The notes: generated by a model not told the origin, from the sequence alone. A DNA stretch of 33,911 bases from Candidatus Marsarchaeota archaeon (GCA_023379075.1 JAMCSO010000041.1:1-33911), one strand, 5' to 3'. Counted from the first letter of the stretch, positions 1-9,278 are shown. Program-made: numbers and translations.

Positions 1-53
1 GAGAAGAAAAGTATTAAAAATAACAAAAGATTAGAAATTGAATGGTTTTTCAT
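1..53 (-). CDS. 5' end of a probable membrane/secreted protein gene running off the window (partial)
   Basis: ATG at 53-51 preceded by GGGAGAGTG; reads MKNHSISNLLLFLILFF with no stop (signal/TM-like). Only 17 codons are visible. Confidence 0.4.
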   Translation of the reverse strand, partial: MKNHSISNLLLFLILFF

Positions 54-97
54 CACTCTCCCGATAATAATCTTTCATTATAATAGGAACCGATAGA

Positions 98-1018
98 TTA
101 TAAATCTAATGTTCGATGAACTCTAGGGCTCTGTCTACATATACGGTTGATCAATAACGTCAAATAAGAATAGGCATCCTGAGTTGCCTGTTTTATCAGA
201 TATCTCAACCTGCTTTCCTCGTTTTTACATCCATAATACTCGATAAGGCCTGCCTTCTCGGCAGGAGTCATCCCGATCGTCATGTGCCTCCTGATAAAGT
301 TGTAATAAATCTCTAAGAATCTCAGTTCCCACCTGCCTGTCACGATTCCTCTGTATCCTCGTCTTTTGTGAGTCAGACTTCTGATTGTATTGTTGAGTCT
401 CTCAATAAGGTTATTATTCTTCTTGTCCTCGAAGTTTGCACAGCGATGGTAGTTGTGCCTGTACCACCAGTGCCCGAACCTTCTTCTTATTACGCCGCCA
501 TATGCGAATGCACCATCAGTAGTGACCTCTAGTGGTGATGGGGACTCATTCAACAACTGATATGCATACTTCTTTGTCCTGTCTCTAGACAGGATCATTG
601 TGGCGAACCTTGTATCTCTACATATCGACGCCCAAACGTAGTAGAATGTACCGCACATCTTGAGGAAAAGTTCGTCCATATGCAGCATATCCGTGAAATT
701 TTGCCTGAATCTTTCTACATATTTATCCAATAACCTGGCATATTCTAAGAACCACCTAAATACAGTCTCCTTTGCAATGCCTAGGAACTGCGATATAAAC
801 CTCAGTGTGTTCCCTATAACAAACAACTCTAGTGCGTCTAATATCGTCTTTACCGACTTATGTTTCCACTTGAATCCCTCGTCATCGCAGAATGTCCCAT
901 GGCACTCTTTACACTGATATCTCTGTATTCTTCCACGTTCCTTTGTCTTTCTCCTACCAAACTTTACTATATATTTGGATTCACAGTATATACAGATGCG
1001 CATCATTTTGGTCGCCAA
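98..1018 (-). CDS. DDE transposase, IS6/IS1-like (N-terminal Zn ribbon, HTH, DDE domain)
   Basis: CIYC...QRYQCKEC Zn ribbon; HTH LRFISQFLGIAKETVFRW; catalytic motifs LHMDE, VTTDG, NNNLIERLNNTIR; C-terminal YYNFIRRH..IGMTPAE. Confidence 0.9.
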   Translation of the reverse strand: MATKMMRICIYCESKYIVKFGRRKTKERGRIQRYQCKECHGTFCDDEGFKWKHKSVKTILDALELFVIGNTLRFISQFLGIAKETVFRWFLEYARLLDKYVERFRQNFTDMLHMDELFLKMCGTFYYVWASICRDTRFATMILSRDRTKKYAYQLLNESPSPLEVTTDGAFAYGGVIRRRFGHWWYRHNYHRCANFEDKKNNNLIERLNNTIRSLTHKRRGYRGIVTGRWELRFLEIYYNFIRRHMTIGMTPAEKAGLIEYYGCKNEESRLRYLIKQATQDAYSYLTLLINRICRQSPRVHRTLDL

Positions 1019-1252
1019 AACCTCTATGATGCCATCTTTTATATTTGTATCAACCGTATTTAGAACCAGAATCCTTCTTGGAAAACTTGCCTGAAAATGT
1101 GCGTATTCTCCTTTTCACCGGTCTGAAACCTATGTCAATCAGTCTCTTATATTTCGATTCCACATTCTTTCCATCCAGGTCGCAAAATCGAGATGGAATG
1201 GGGTGCTTAACCCCTGCACTCTCTATTGGAAGTAATAATTTCTACAGAGCCC
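126..1252 (-). mobile_element. Insertion sequence around the transposase; boundaries uncertain (inner IRs 141-151/1049-1059, outer IRs 126-134/1244-1252)
   Basis: ATACGGTTGAT (141-151) is the perfect reverse complement of ATCAACCGTAT (1049-1059). GGGCTCTGT (126-134) is the reverse complement of ACAGAGCCC (1244-1252) and resembles IS6-type GGNNCTGT ends. No target-site duplication seen. Confidence 0.6.
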
Positions 1253-1579
1253 GTGTGCAGTATGGCTAATTTTGGCGTGACATCTTACCACCCGTAAATG
1301 ATGTGGGCTTCCTGAACTAAACAATGATGATATTGTGGTTGAGAGAATTTATATGCCTTGCGAGCAAAGTCATACTGTACGCTGGGACACAGCAGAATCC
1401 GAAAGGATAAATTTCGTGGATGGGAACGTAAGATGTGGAATCGAACCATGCAAATCCAATGAAGCGAGAACATACCAAACTAAACAGAGATATGATGTCA
1501 TGGCTTCGAGGATATATGGGGTGTCCTGCTTATCTGCGGTTCGCTTTCATCCCACATCTGAAGAGTATGGGATTTCCCC

Positions 1580-3763
1580 TCACTTTGTTAATTTGGATAA
1601 AGTAATGTTCCTGAAGGCAAGTGTCTGCGAATCCTGATTGCTATTATTAATCACTATAGTCAGATTATTATATCCGGATCTTACTGGGATCTCAGTAGTG
1701 TATTTGGTAGATAGGACATTTACTCTTTGATTGGAAGTTAGGATGCCATTGTTGTATATTGATATTGTAGAGTTGTCCAGTGAGAGAATACTGGAGTTCA
1801 TAATTATCGGGTCGTTTGTAGGGGAGTATATGGATATTGAGCTTCCGCTTGCCACCCACCAAAATCCAGACTCGTTAAGACAATTGCTGCAGACAGCGAA
1901 TTCTGGAACCCATTCTCCTGATATGAATGCAGTGATGTTTGAAGGCGGTTGTTGGGTATGCACCTTCTCTGGAACCTTGAATAGAATTGTAGAGTTGCCT
2001 GTGTATATTGGGCTGCCTAACATATTTGAGAGCGTCGATGTCAGATTCTTAAGTACCGTTGCATTATATAAATTACTGAGGACTGAGATATAACTGATGT
2101 TGTATCTTGAGAGAAGGATGAGTGTTGGTTTTGTGAGATTCTCTTTTATTGGATATGAACCATAGCTAGATAAATTTTCAATAGAGTATGTAGAAACGAG
2201 CGGGATGGAGTATATATAAAAGTCTTGGAGGGGTGTGCTTCTGGTAGTGTACCCACCAATTATTGGCACATTAAATTCTGTTTGATAGTACATAGCAATG
2301 GCTGATTGGTAAGATTGATCCGGAGCAGTGGGTAAGAATAAGACAGAGGAGTTGATGGTGTGATTCATTAGAGAGTATGCTTCAGGTATTGCTGTATTCG
2401 TATAAAAAGTATTTGTAAAAGATGAAGTTAACGGGATTCCTGCACATTCGAGCAAGACTATTGAAGAAATAATTGCAGTATATATTGTCTTTTTTTTCAC
2501 GGAATTGACTTTTGATAAGAGACTTCTGAGACCAAAGGCTGCAAGGATTGCTAGGCAGAGAGAAAACATTATATCGAATCTGCCTGGCTCTCTTATGAGA
2601 TTAAATATGGGTATGATTCGATAAAGAATATATGGACCCGGTATCATGGTTACATTGCCATTTATATGTATTAGTGGGCCTAGAGAGAGCATAGCAAATA
2701 TAATTCCGATAGAAGCCCACACCATAGTATTTTTGAACTTCGTTGATTTAATATCAGAGTATATGCCAAATATAGATAAAAGTATAACGGAGTATCCAAT
2801 ATATGAAACGCCTTCCCAATAGAAACCATATGGCATGAGCGTAGGATAATATTTACTGGCCAATTGATTGAAGAGTCCATTAAAATAACTTGGAAGGAAA
2901 AAAGAAAGCAAATCATTACTCCACGCTTCATTAGCACTAAGGCTTGAGGAAGTTGCTGCAAGAGAAAGTGAATTGCTATGTATTATGCCGTTTATTAATG
3001 GAAATATAAATGGGAGCCCGATTAAAAAGGACAAGAGTAGTATCTCAAAGATTATGGAGATTGTTTTGAGGTTAATTAACTTTCTTGAAGAGCTGAAGTA
3101 TGTAAAGTAGCAGAATAGCAGCACGAAAAGGAATAGCATTATGCCTTGTTCTATGTCACCCATAAAAGATGCCAGAACTAGAGAAAATGCTGCCAGCACG
3201 ATGTATCGCAGCTTTCGTCTCTTTATTGAGAGAAGGAAAGATAGGATAAATAACGGGATCCATTCGGTTGAAGTAAAATTCAAGAATATGAATGAATGGG
3301 CTATGTTAACTGCGCTAAAGGAGAAGATTGCGCCTGCGATGAAGGATGCGTATGTATCTTCAGTCAGATGCATGGCAAGCAGATACATAAAGAATGCGGA
3401 GAGGAGAAAGCCCAAAATAAATATTACATTATATGAGAAAGTAAGGCTTATTTGCTGAAATGGAAAAGAAATTAGGCTTGATATTGGTGAGTCTAAATAA
3501 TTATAAGAAAAATTTGCTCCGTATGGATAATACAAGAAATTTGTTGTATACGGGGAGCTGTGAAGAGTGAATATAGAATAACCAGGCCACCAAAGGAACC
3601 ATAAGAACTGATACGGATCTCCAGTGCCGTTTATGTGGGCAAATACATGCGTTATGTTTGCAAATATGGGCCATGACACAAGTATCGTTAGCAATAAGTA
3701 AAGAGTTAGTACGAGCACTTCTTTCTTTGTAATCTTAGGAAATATGTATTGCATCGTCTTCAC
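1580..3763 (-). CDS. Polytopic membrane protein, probable GT-C-fold glycosyltransferase (YfhO/PMT-like) with a C-terminal extracellular domain
   Basis: Many TM helices; GDPYQFLWFLWW after TM1, YYPYG, REPGRF and IIGGY motifs typical of this membrane family; Asn/Ser/Thr-rich C-terminus with many N-x-S/T sequons; directly downstream of a GT2 gene. Confidence 0.65.
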   Translation of the reverse strand: MKTMQYIFPKITKKEVLVLTLYLLLTILVSWPIFANITHVFAHINGTGDPYQFLWFLWWPGYSIFTLHSSPYTTNFLYYPYGANFSYNYLDSPISSLISFPFQQISLTFSYNVIFILGFLLSAFFMYLLAMHLTEDTYASFIAGAIFSFSAVNIAHSFIFLNFTSTEWIPLFILSFLLSIKRRKLRYIVLAAFSLVLASFMGDIEQGIMLFLFVLLFCYFTYFSSSRKLINLKTISIIFEILLLSFLIGLPFIFPLINGIIHSNSLSLAATSSSLSANEAWSNDLLSFFLPSYFNGLFNQLASKYYPTLMPYGFYWEGVSYIGYSVILLSIFGIYSDIKSTKFKNTMVWASIGIIFAMLSLGPLIHINGNVTMIPGPYILYRIIPIFNLIREPGRFDIMFSLCLAILAAFGLRSLLSKVNSVKKKTIYTAIISSIVLLECAGIPLTSSFTNTFYTNTAIPEAYSLMNHTINSSVLFLPTAPDQSYQSAIAMYYQTEFNVPIIGGYTTRSTPLQDFYIYSIPLVSTYSIENLSSYGSYPIKENLTKPTLILLSRYNISYISVLSNLYNATVLKNLTSTLSNMLGSPIYTGNSTILFKVPEKVHTQQPPSNITAFISGEWVPEFAVCSNCLNESGFWWVASGSSISIYSPTNDPIIMNSSILSLDNSTISIYNNGILTSNQRVNVLSTKYTTEIPVRSGYNNLTIVINNSNQDSQTLAFRNITLSKLTK

Positions 3764-3789
3764 TGTGAGGGTGTTCTGTGAATTTGTTA

Positions 3790-4482
3790 TTAGTCATTCT
3801 TCACACGTAATCTTAATCTTAATGCTGCATTTATGAAATAGATCACATCTGAGAGATGAACGTTGCTTTGCGGCTGCTCATCCCAAGAGATGGGAAACTC
3901 TCTGACTTTAATACCGTCTCTCTGAGCCAGTATTATTAGCTCTGTGTCAAAGAACCAGTGGTCATCTTTTACCTTTTTTATATATGTTTTTATAAATCCT
4001 GAGGACCAGAACTTGAAGCCGCACTGATGGTCTTTAACTTTAGATTGAAAGAGAAGTGCAATTAACCAGTTGTATGATAAGCTAGCAAATAATCTCAGAA
4101 TACTTCTATTAGCATCCGATCCTTTAATATAACGTGATCCTGTTACAAAAACCTCCCCATTATCAACTAGAGCAAGGGCTTTGTTAAGATATCTTGCAGG
4201 AACTGCCATGTCAATATCCAAGCACCCTATGATATTGCCTTTAGCAAGCGTTATGGCTTTTTTTATTGCTTTCCCTTTCCCGAGCCTATGCTTTGATGTC
4301 ATTAACCGTACGTTGGGCATCTTCGATTTTTCCCTGCAGACAGTGAGGGAATTATCTGTGGAACCATCCTCTGCCAGTATTATCTCGAAATTGCCGAGCT
4401 TTTTGGCTTCTTTGTAAATAAGGTCGAAATTCTTCTTAAGGTTGCCTTCTTCATTATGTACTGGCAGGATTAAAGAAAGCAT
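3790..4482 (-). CDS. GT2 glycosyltransferase, dolichol-phosphate hexosyltransferase (DPM/DPG synthase)-like
   Basis: LSLILPVHNEE, EDGSTD, GKGKAI, DID, GSRY, DHQCGFK, WFFDTEL motifs; start placed at ATG 4482. Confidence 0.9.
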   Translation of the reverse strand: MLSLILPVHNEEGNLKKNFDLIYKEAKKLGNFEIILAEDGSTDNSLTVCREKSKMPNVRLMTSKHRLGKGKAIKKAITLAKGNIIGCLDIDMAVPARYLNKALALVDNGEVFVTGSRYIKGSDANRSILRLFASLSYNWLIALLFQSKVKDHQCGFKFWSSGFIKTYIKKVKDDHWFFDTELIILAQRDGIKVREFPISWDEQPQSNVHLSDVIYFINAALRLRLRVKND

Positions 4483-4504
4483 AGTACCATCAACATGCAC
4501 TGAA

Positions 4505-5413
4505 TCATTTAACTGAGGCAATTATACCATCAATTATGCCGTTCACGCCTATTCCGCCTGTCGACCTTACAGCTATCCTGTGGCTGAGGACGGGTCTTGC
4601 AAGGAACTTTATATCATCGATGCTCACTTCCTTTCTGTCTTCTATCAGTGCTTTGGCTTTGGCTGCCTGCATGAAAGATATATCGGCCCTGGGGCTTGCG
4701 CCCATTGTTGTATGGATCTCTTTTCGCGTTGCTCCGACTACTTTTGTTATGTATTGTACAACATTATCAGGCATAACAATGCCTTTGGCTGCCTGCTGCA
4801 TTGATAGAATATCGTTTGTGGAGATGACCTTCTTGGTCTCAACATTCTCCTCGCGCTCCTTTATCCTCAGCATCTCTTGCTCCTCTCCCATGCTTGGATA
4901 ATCCACGTCTATCTTCAAGAGAAATCTGTCACTAAGCACCTTTGGCAATGGCTCTGTCCCTTCTATCTTCAGGGGATTCTGTGTTGCAAATGTTGTAAAA
5001 GGAGATGGAAGCCCGATATTCTCTCCTCCAACAGTGACCTGGCGCTCCTCGAGCGTCTCAAGTAGACCACTCATCGTCTTCGGAGAAGACCTGTTGAGCT
5101 CATCTATCAATAGGATATTTGTAAAGATCGGGCCTTTGTTGAACTTGAGATTTCCGGAAGGGTCTTCAGAGACATATCCGACAATATCCTTTGTTTGCAG
5201 ATCGGATGTTCCTTGGATTCTCTTGAAGTCTGCCTGTATGGTCTCTGCAAGGGTCTTTGTCATTGTTGTCTTGGCGACCCCAGGAACCCCTTCGAGCAAG
5301 GCATGTCCATTTGCCACCAGGGTTATGAAAAGAAGCTCTATGACATCTTTTTTGCCAGATATGTGCTTCTTGACTTCTTCGGAAACTGCGAGATAAGCCT
5401 GATGCGCATCCAA
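4505..5413 (-). CDS. moxR: MoxR-family AAA+ ATPase
   Basis: GHALLEGVPGVAKT Walker A, FKRIQ, GPIFTNILLIDELNR Walker B, ATQNP, DRF, GASPRA, VLSHRI. Confidence 0.92.
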   Translation of the reverse strand: MDAHQAYLAVSEEVKKHISGKKDVIELLFITLVANGHALLEGVPGVAKTTMTKTLAETIQADFKRIQGTSDLQTKDIVGYVSEDPSGNLKFNKGPIFTNILLIDELNRSSPKTMSGLLETLEERQVTVGGENIGLPSPFTTFATQNPLKIEGTEPLPKVLSDRFLLKIDVDYPSMGEEQEMLRIKEREENVETKKVISTNDILSMQQAAKGIVMPDNVVQYITKVVGATRKEIHTTMGASPRADISFMQAAKAKALIEDRKEVSIDDIKFLARPVLSHRIAVRSTGGIGVNGIIDGIIASVK

Positions 5414-5520
5414 TAGAACACCATATCTAATAAAAACTTTAATCGTACCTATTTAATAATATTATCATGATGAATATATTAATATTAGATTAAATATTCA
5501 GTTTATACCTGGGTGCAGAA

Positions 5521-5859
5521 ATGATAGGCAAAGGAACATCCGAAAAGAGGCTCGTCTCAATACCAGAGGCTCTCGAGATACTTGAAGGCAGGAGGAAGGA
5601 GGGAGAGCTTGGCTATGAGCAGGAGCTTGCTTATGAGTATGCAAAGAAGTTCTCCAAGATAGATGTGAAGGATTCGGTTAAAATGAGGAAAGATCTTGAA
5701 GAGCTTGGATTTACGGAAAAGGCAGCTATAAAGATAGTAGATATCATGCCTTTGGACATTATGCAGCTCAGGCAGACATTGATAATAGAAAGGAAGACAT
5801 TCGCAGATGATTTATTGGAAAAGGCGATGGAGGTCGTCGAGAAGCACAGAGGTAAATAG
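5521..5859 (+). CDS. rpoF: RNA polymerase subunit F (Rpo4)
   Basis: MIGK...EL.YEQ.LA.EYAKKF..., KIVDIMP; directly upstream of DUF655 as in the conserved archaeal operon. Confidence 0.88.
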   Translation: MIGKGTSEKRLVSIPEALEILEGRRKEGELGYEQELAYEYAKKFSKIDVKDSVKMRKDLEELGFTEKAAIKIVDIMPLDIMQLRQTLIIERKTFADDLLEKAMEVVEKHRGK

Positions 5860-5881
5860 ATGTTTAAGCAGTGGAGGAATT

Positions 5882-6466
5882 ATGCAGGAAAGAACGCAAA
5901 GAAGAGAAGAATTGGAAGAATATGCAATAGTTCTTGATTACTTACCTACTGGAAAGTCTTATTCTGTAAAGCCGGAGCCTCTTGTTCAACTCATTGGAGA
6001 GAACAAATTCACACTTTTGGAAGCTGTTGCGAAGGATGTTGAGATAAAGGTTGGAGAGAGAGTTTACATAGGCAGGGAAGAGCGCGATAAGATACTGCTC
6101 ATAAAGGGAAGGCTCTCTTACAACGACCTCACTGAAGGCGCGAAGAAGGAGCTGCAGGATGCGATTTATAAGATAATAAAGTCAAATGAGAAGAAGTTTG
6201 TTGAATTATTCAATAATGCCTCGTCATTGAATATAAGGATGCATTCGCTTGAGCTTCTTCCAGGGATCGGAAAGAGGCACCTGACAGCGATACTTGATGC
6301 CAGAGAGGAGAAGAAGTTCGAATCATTTGAGGATATCACAAACAGGGTGCAGCTACTTCAGGACCCTATAAAATTGCTTGTGGACAGAGTCATAATGGAG
6401 CTAAAGGGAGATAGCAGATTCTTCATGCTCACAAAACCACTGTCACAACAGCCATACAGGCAATAA
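5882..6466 (+). CDS. DUF655 family putative nucleic-acid-binding protein
   Basis: EEYAIVLDYLP, IGE..FTLLE, GERVYIG, RMHSLELLPGIGK (HhH), FESFEDI; start at ATG 5882. Confidence 0.9.
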   Translation: MQERTQRREELEEYAIVLDYLPTGKSYSVKPEPLVQLIGENKFTLLEAVAKDVEIKVGERVYIGREERDKILLIKGRLSYNDLTEGAKKELQDAIYKIIKSNEKKFVELFNNASSLNIRMHSLELLPGIGKRHLTAILDAREEKKFESFEDITNRVQLLQDPIKLLVDRVIMELKGDSRFFMLTKPLSQQPYRQ

Positions 6467-6537
6467 GCTCTCTGTGGCGTCCTCCTGCCAGCTAACATTC
6501 TGGGCTTCTGCATTCAATTAAGAATTAGAATAATGCT

Positions 6538-6831
6538 TCACTTGCCTGCTCTTTCAAGATGAAGCTGAGGCACTATCAGTTTTCTCTTCATTGATTTTGA
6601 TACATAGAGCTCAACAACGTAAGAATCTCCTCTTTTCTCTGTAACTACCGCAGTCTTGCCTCTGTATCTTGGATGTGGTATATTCTTGAAGTTGCTTTTT
6701 GGTACTATTATAACCTTCTCCCCTATCTCAAAATTCTTTATTATATTGCTTATGCTAAGCTTTGAAGGCTTGTGATGCCTGGCGAGATGCCTTGTCCTGC
6801 CCACAAATAAACCATGAGATCGCTCTGTCAT
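6538..6831 (-). CDS. rpl21e: 50S ribosomal protein L21e
   Basis: SHG...TR.L, FEIGEKV.I, PHPRYRGKTAVV.EKRG.SYVV, K.LIV...HL; alternative GTG start at 6840. Confidence 0.92.
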   Translation of the reverse strand: MTERSHGLFVGRTRHLARHHKPSKLSISNIIKNFEIGEKVIIVPKSNFKNIPHPRYRGKTAVVTEKRGDSYVVELYVSKSMKRKLIVPQLHLERAGK

Positions 6832-6911
6832 TCTAACCACTAGATGTTATAAATTTATAATATTCTTGTTCTAAATGAATATAAGCTTTTCGCACAGCAA
6901 CGGCTCCACGT

Positions 6912-7592
6912 ATGGTGTATAAAATTACCGAATTTAAGATATCAGACATGTATAAAGAGCTTAGGGTCAGCTTTGGCTATATGAACTGGTGGCCCGGGGA
7001 GAGCAATGAAGAGATAGTCATAGGTGCGATATTAACCCAGCAGGCCTCGTGGAAGAATGTTGAAAAGGCAATAAGAATGCTCAAGAAAAGGAAGATGCTT
7101 GGGCTCAGAGAACTTTCAGAGAGTAGTATAGAAGAGATAGAGGATGCGATAAAGGCATCGGGATTTTACAGAAAGAAAGCGGCTAGGCTCAAGAGGATTT
7201 CCACATATATTATTAATAGATATGGCAGCCTTGGCGCATTTTTTGATAATGACAGGGATAAGCTGAGAAAGGAACTTCTGGCCATGGAAGGCATAGGCAT
7301 GGAGACTGCCGATGCGATACTTCTTTACGCTGCTAACAAGAGGATCTTTGTTGTAGACGCATATACAAGAAGAATAATGGGCAGGGTGTATGGAATAGAT
7401 CCGAAGATAGGGTATGAAGAACTTAGGAAGATTATGGAAAATGGAGCTAAGAGGGATATACGAGTATATAAAGATTTCCATGCTCAGATTGTCGAATTAT
7501 GCAAAAGGAATTGCAGGAAGCTCCCGTTGTGCGGTGGGTGCCCATTAAAAAGTAGATGCAATCTTGCACGTTCTGTCGAAGGCACAGGATAA
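6912..7592 (+). CDS. Endonuclease III-related HhH-GPD DNA glycosylase with [4Fe-4S] cluster
   Basis: WWP..., IGAILTQ..SW.NVEKA, SGFYR.KA.RL, HhH GIGMETADAIL, VVDAY, C-terminal CRKLPLCGGCPLKSRC. Confidence 0.9.
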   Translation: MVYKITEFKISDMYKELRVSFGYMNWWPGESNEEIVIGAILTQQASWKNVEKAIRMLKKRKMLGLRELSESSIEEIEDAIKASGFYRKKAARLKRISTYIINRYGSLGAFFDNDRDKLRKELLAMEGIGMETADAILLYAANKRIFVVDAYTRRIMGRVYGIDPKIGYEELRKIMENGAKRDIRVYKDFHAQIVELCKRNCRKLPLCGGCPLKSRCNLARSVEGTG

Positions 7593-7629
7593 GATTAAAT
7601 ATTAACACGAAAATGTTAATCTGATATTT

Positions 7630-8652
7630 ATGAACTTCAAAGAGTACATAGAACTTCATAGGAATGAAGTCCATTCAAAGATCTGCGAATATGTTAAGAT
7701 AAAAGATCCTATCGAGCATTATAAGATGGTGAGGGATTACATAGACAGGCAGGGAAGCTATAGACGGCCCGGACTTCTTATGCTGAGCGGAGAGGTTTTC
7801 GGGGCAAATAAGGAAGAGCTTATCACTCCGGCAGCTGCCATGCAGCTATCCGAGGATTGGATACTGGTGCATGATGACGCAGAGGATGATTCTGAGCTGA
7901 GAAGAGGGAAGGCTGCGCTGCATAGAATGTATGGTATAGAGCAAGCGATAAATGTTGGGGATGCGGGCCACGCTGCAATGTGGAGGATGGTCAAGGACCA
8001 CCTTCTAAGCGCCGGCATAGAGAAAGGCAATAGGTTCTATGAAAAGTTCTATGATATGATAGAGTATACGGTGGAAGGCCAGTACATAGACACTAATTTC
8101 TTTGTCAACATACGCGACCTGAAGAAAGCATCAGAAGATCTTTATTTCAGGATAGTGGAAAGCAAGACATGCTATTACTCTGTTTATGGGCCTCTGCAGC
8201 TCGGCGCAATAGTTGCGAATGCTGACCAGAAGACTATGGATATGCTAAAAGATATAGGAGCGCCAGCAGGGAGGGCATTCCAAATAATAGACGACGTCCT
8301 AGATATGACTGCAGACGAGAAGCTCTTCGGCAAGAAGAATTATGGCGATCTTTATGAAGGCAAGCTAACACTTATCATTCTCAATACATACAAAAATTCT
8401 ACAGAGGCAGAAAAGGCAAGAATAGATAGGATATACAAGAAGAGAAGGAAAGAGAGGACAGATGAGGAGGTTGGCTTCCTGATTGAGATTATAGACAAAT
8501 ATGATGGCATTGAGTATGCAAAGAGCAGGGCTAAGGCATATGGAGAAGAAGCCAAAGGCCTAATAGAGAAATACAAAGACGCACTTCCGAACAATGAGTA
8601 CACGGAAACCATGCTCTCCGCTGTAGAAGAACTTTATATGAGAAAGAAATAA
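7630..8652 (+). CDS. Polyprenyl diphosphate synthase (probable short-chain, GGPP-type)
   Basis: RP motif, FARM LVHDDAED..ELRRG, INVGD, GQYID, KT..YS, SARM FQIIDDVLD, DLYEGK; bulky Trp five residues before FARM suggests a short product. Confidence 0.9.
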   Translation: MNFKEYIELHRNEVHSKICEYVKIKDPIEHYKMVRDYIDRQGSYRRPGLLMLSGEVFGANKEELITPAAAMQLSEDWILVHDDAEDDSELRRGKAALHRMYGIEQAINVGDAGHAAMWRMVKDHLLSAGIEKGNRFYEKFYDMIEYTVEGQYIDTNFFVNIRDLKKASEDLYFRIVESKTCYYSVYGPLQLGAIVANADQKTMDMLKDIGAPAGRAFQIIDDVLDMTADEKLFGKKNYGDLYEGKLTLIILNTYKNSTEAEKARIDRIYKKRRKERTDEEVGFLIEIIDKYDGIEYAKSRAKAYGEEAKGLIEKYKDALPNNEYTETMLSAVEELYMRKK

Positions 8653-8654
8653 AT

Positions 8655-8767
8655 GCCAAACAACAATATGCGTTCCCACCCTAAGGCAGTATTTCATATC
8701 GTGAACAGGCTTAGCTTCCGAGTTCGGAATGGGTTCGGGCGTTTCCCTGCTCCTATGGTCGTTTGAC
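8655..8767 (-). rRNA. rrf: 5S rRNA, stand-alone
   Basis: Minus strand GTCAAACGACCATAG...CCCGAACCCATTCCGAACTCGGAAGCTAAGCC...GTTGTTTGGC carries the conserved CCGAAC/GAAG.TAAG core; its ends pair as helix I. Confidence 0.93.
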
Positions 8768-8788
8768 AGATATATATTGTCAGGAAAA

Positions 8789-8803
8789 GTTTAAATAACT
8801 TTC
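8789..8803 (-). promoter_or_regulatory. Putative BRE/TATA promoter of 5S rRNA
   Basis: Minus strand GAAAGTTATTTAAAC, about 25 bp upstream of the 5S 5' end. Confidence 0.55.
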
Positions 8804-8882
8804 AACAAAAAGAGTGTATATAACAAATCCTTTTTAATTTGAGTAACATATTGCGCTCTTCAGACAACGTTCTGGTATTCGT

Positions 8883-9278
8883 ATGACTTTCAGAGATCGA
8901 AAGAGTAGGGAGGGCAATTCCATCCAGGATTTAAGAGAAGCTCAGCGGAGAAGAGATAGAATAGAAGAAGGGCGCGTGACTTGGGAATACTACAAATCGA
9001 AGCTTGATCGTGAGGCAAAGGAGCTGAGACGGAAGAAAGGAGAGAGAACAAAGAAGGCCTTCAAGGCAGCTGGAGTCATGCTCTTGGCAGGATATATGGC
9101 GCATGTTACGGTGGAATCATACAGTGTATTTAACAAAACGAACCTTCTGCCAACAAGCATACTGAATAGGGAGTGGAATACTATAGCAAATGTTATCCAT
9201 GGAACAATGATAACGCTAGACATTATATTCGTTGCTGTGGTAATATTTGTATATAAAGAGATAAAAAGAAAACCCTGA
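8883..9278 (+). CDS. Hypothetical membrane protein (charged N-terminus, two TM segments)
   Basis: 131-aa ORF filling the gap; R/K/E-rich helix followed by two hydrophobic stretches; family not recognised. Confidence 0.65.
   Translation: MTFRDRKSREGNSIQDLREAQRRRDRIEEGRVTWEYYKSKLDREAKELRRKKGERTKKAFKAAGVMLLAGYMAHVTVESYSVFNKTNLLPTSILNREWNTIANVIHGTMITLDIIFVAVVIFVYKEIKRKP

Noticed and set aside
1335..1637. 100-aa ORF beside the IS
   Set aside because: No recognisable family, overlaps the end of the 727-aa gene, and lies in a repeat-scarred region.
8883..9278. Possible pilin (KKA/F followed by a hydrophobic stretch)
   Set aside because: The motif is about 60 residues from the start, lacks the typical +5 pattern, and a second TM follows.
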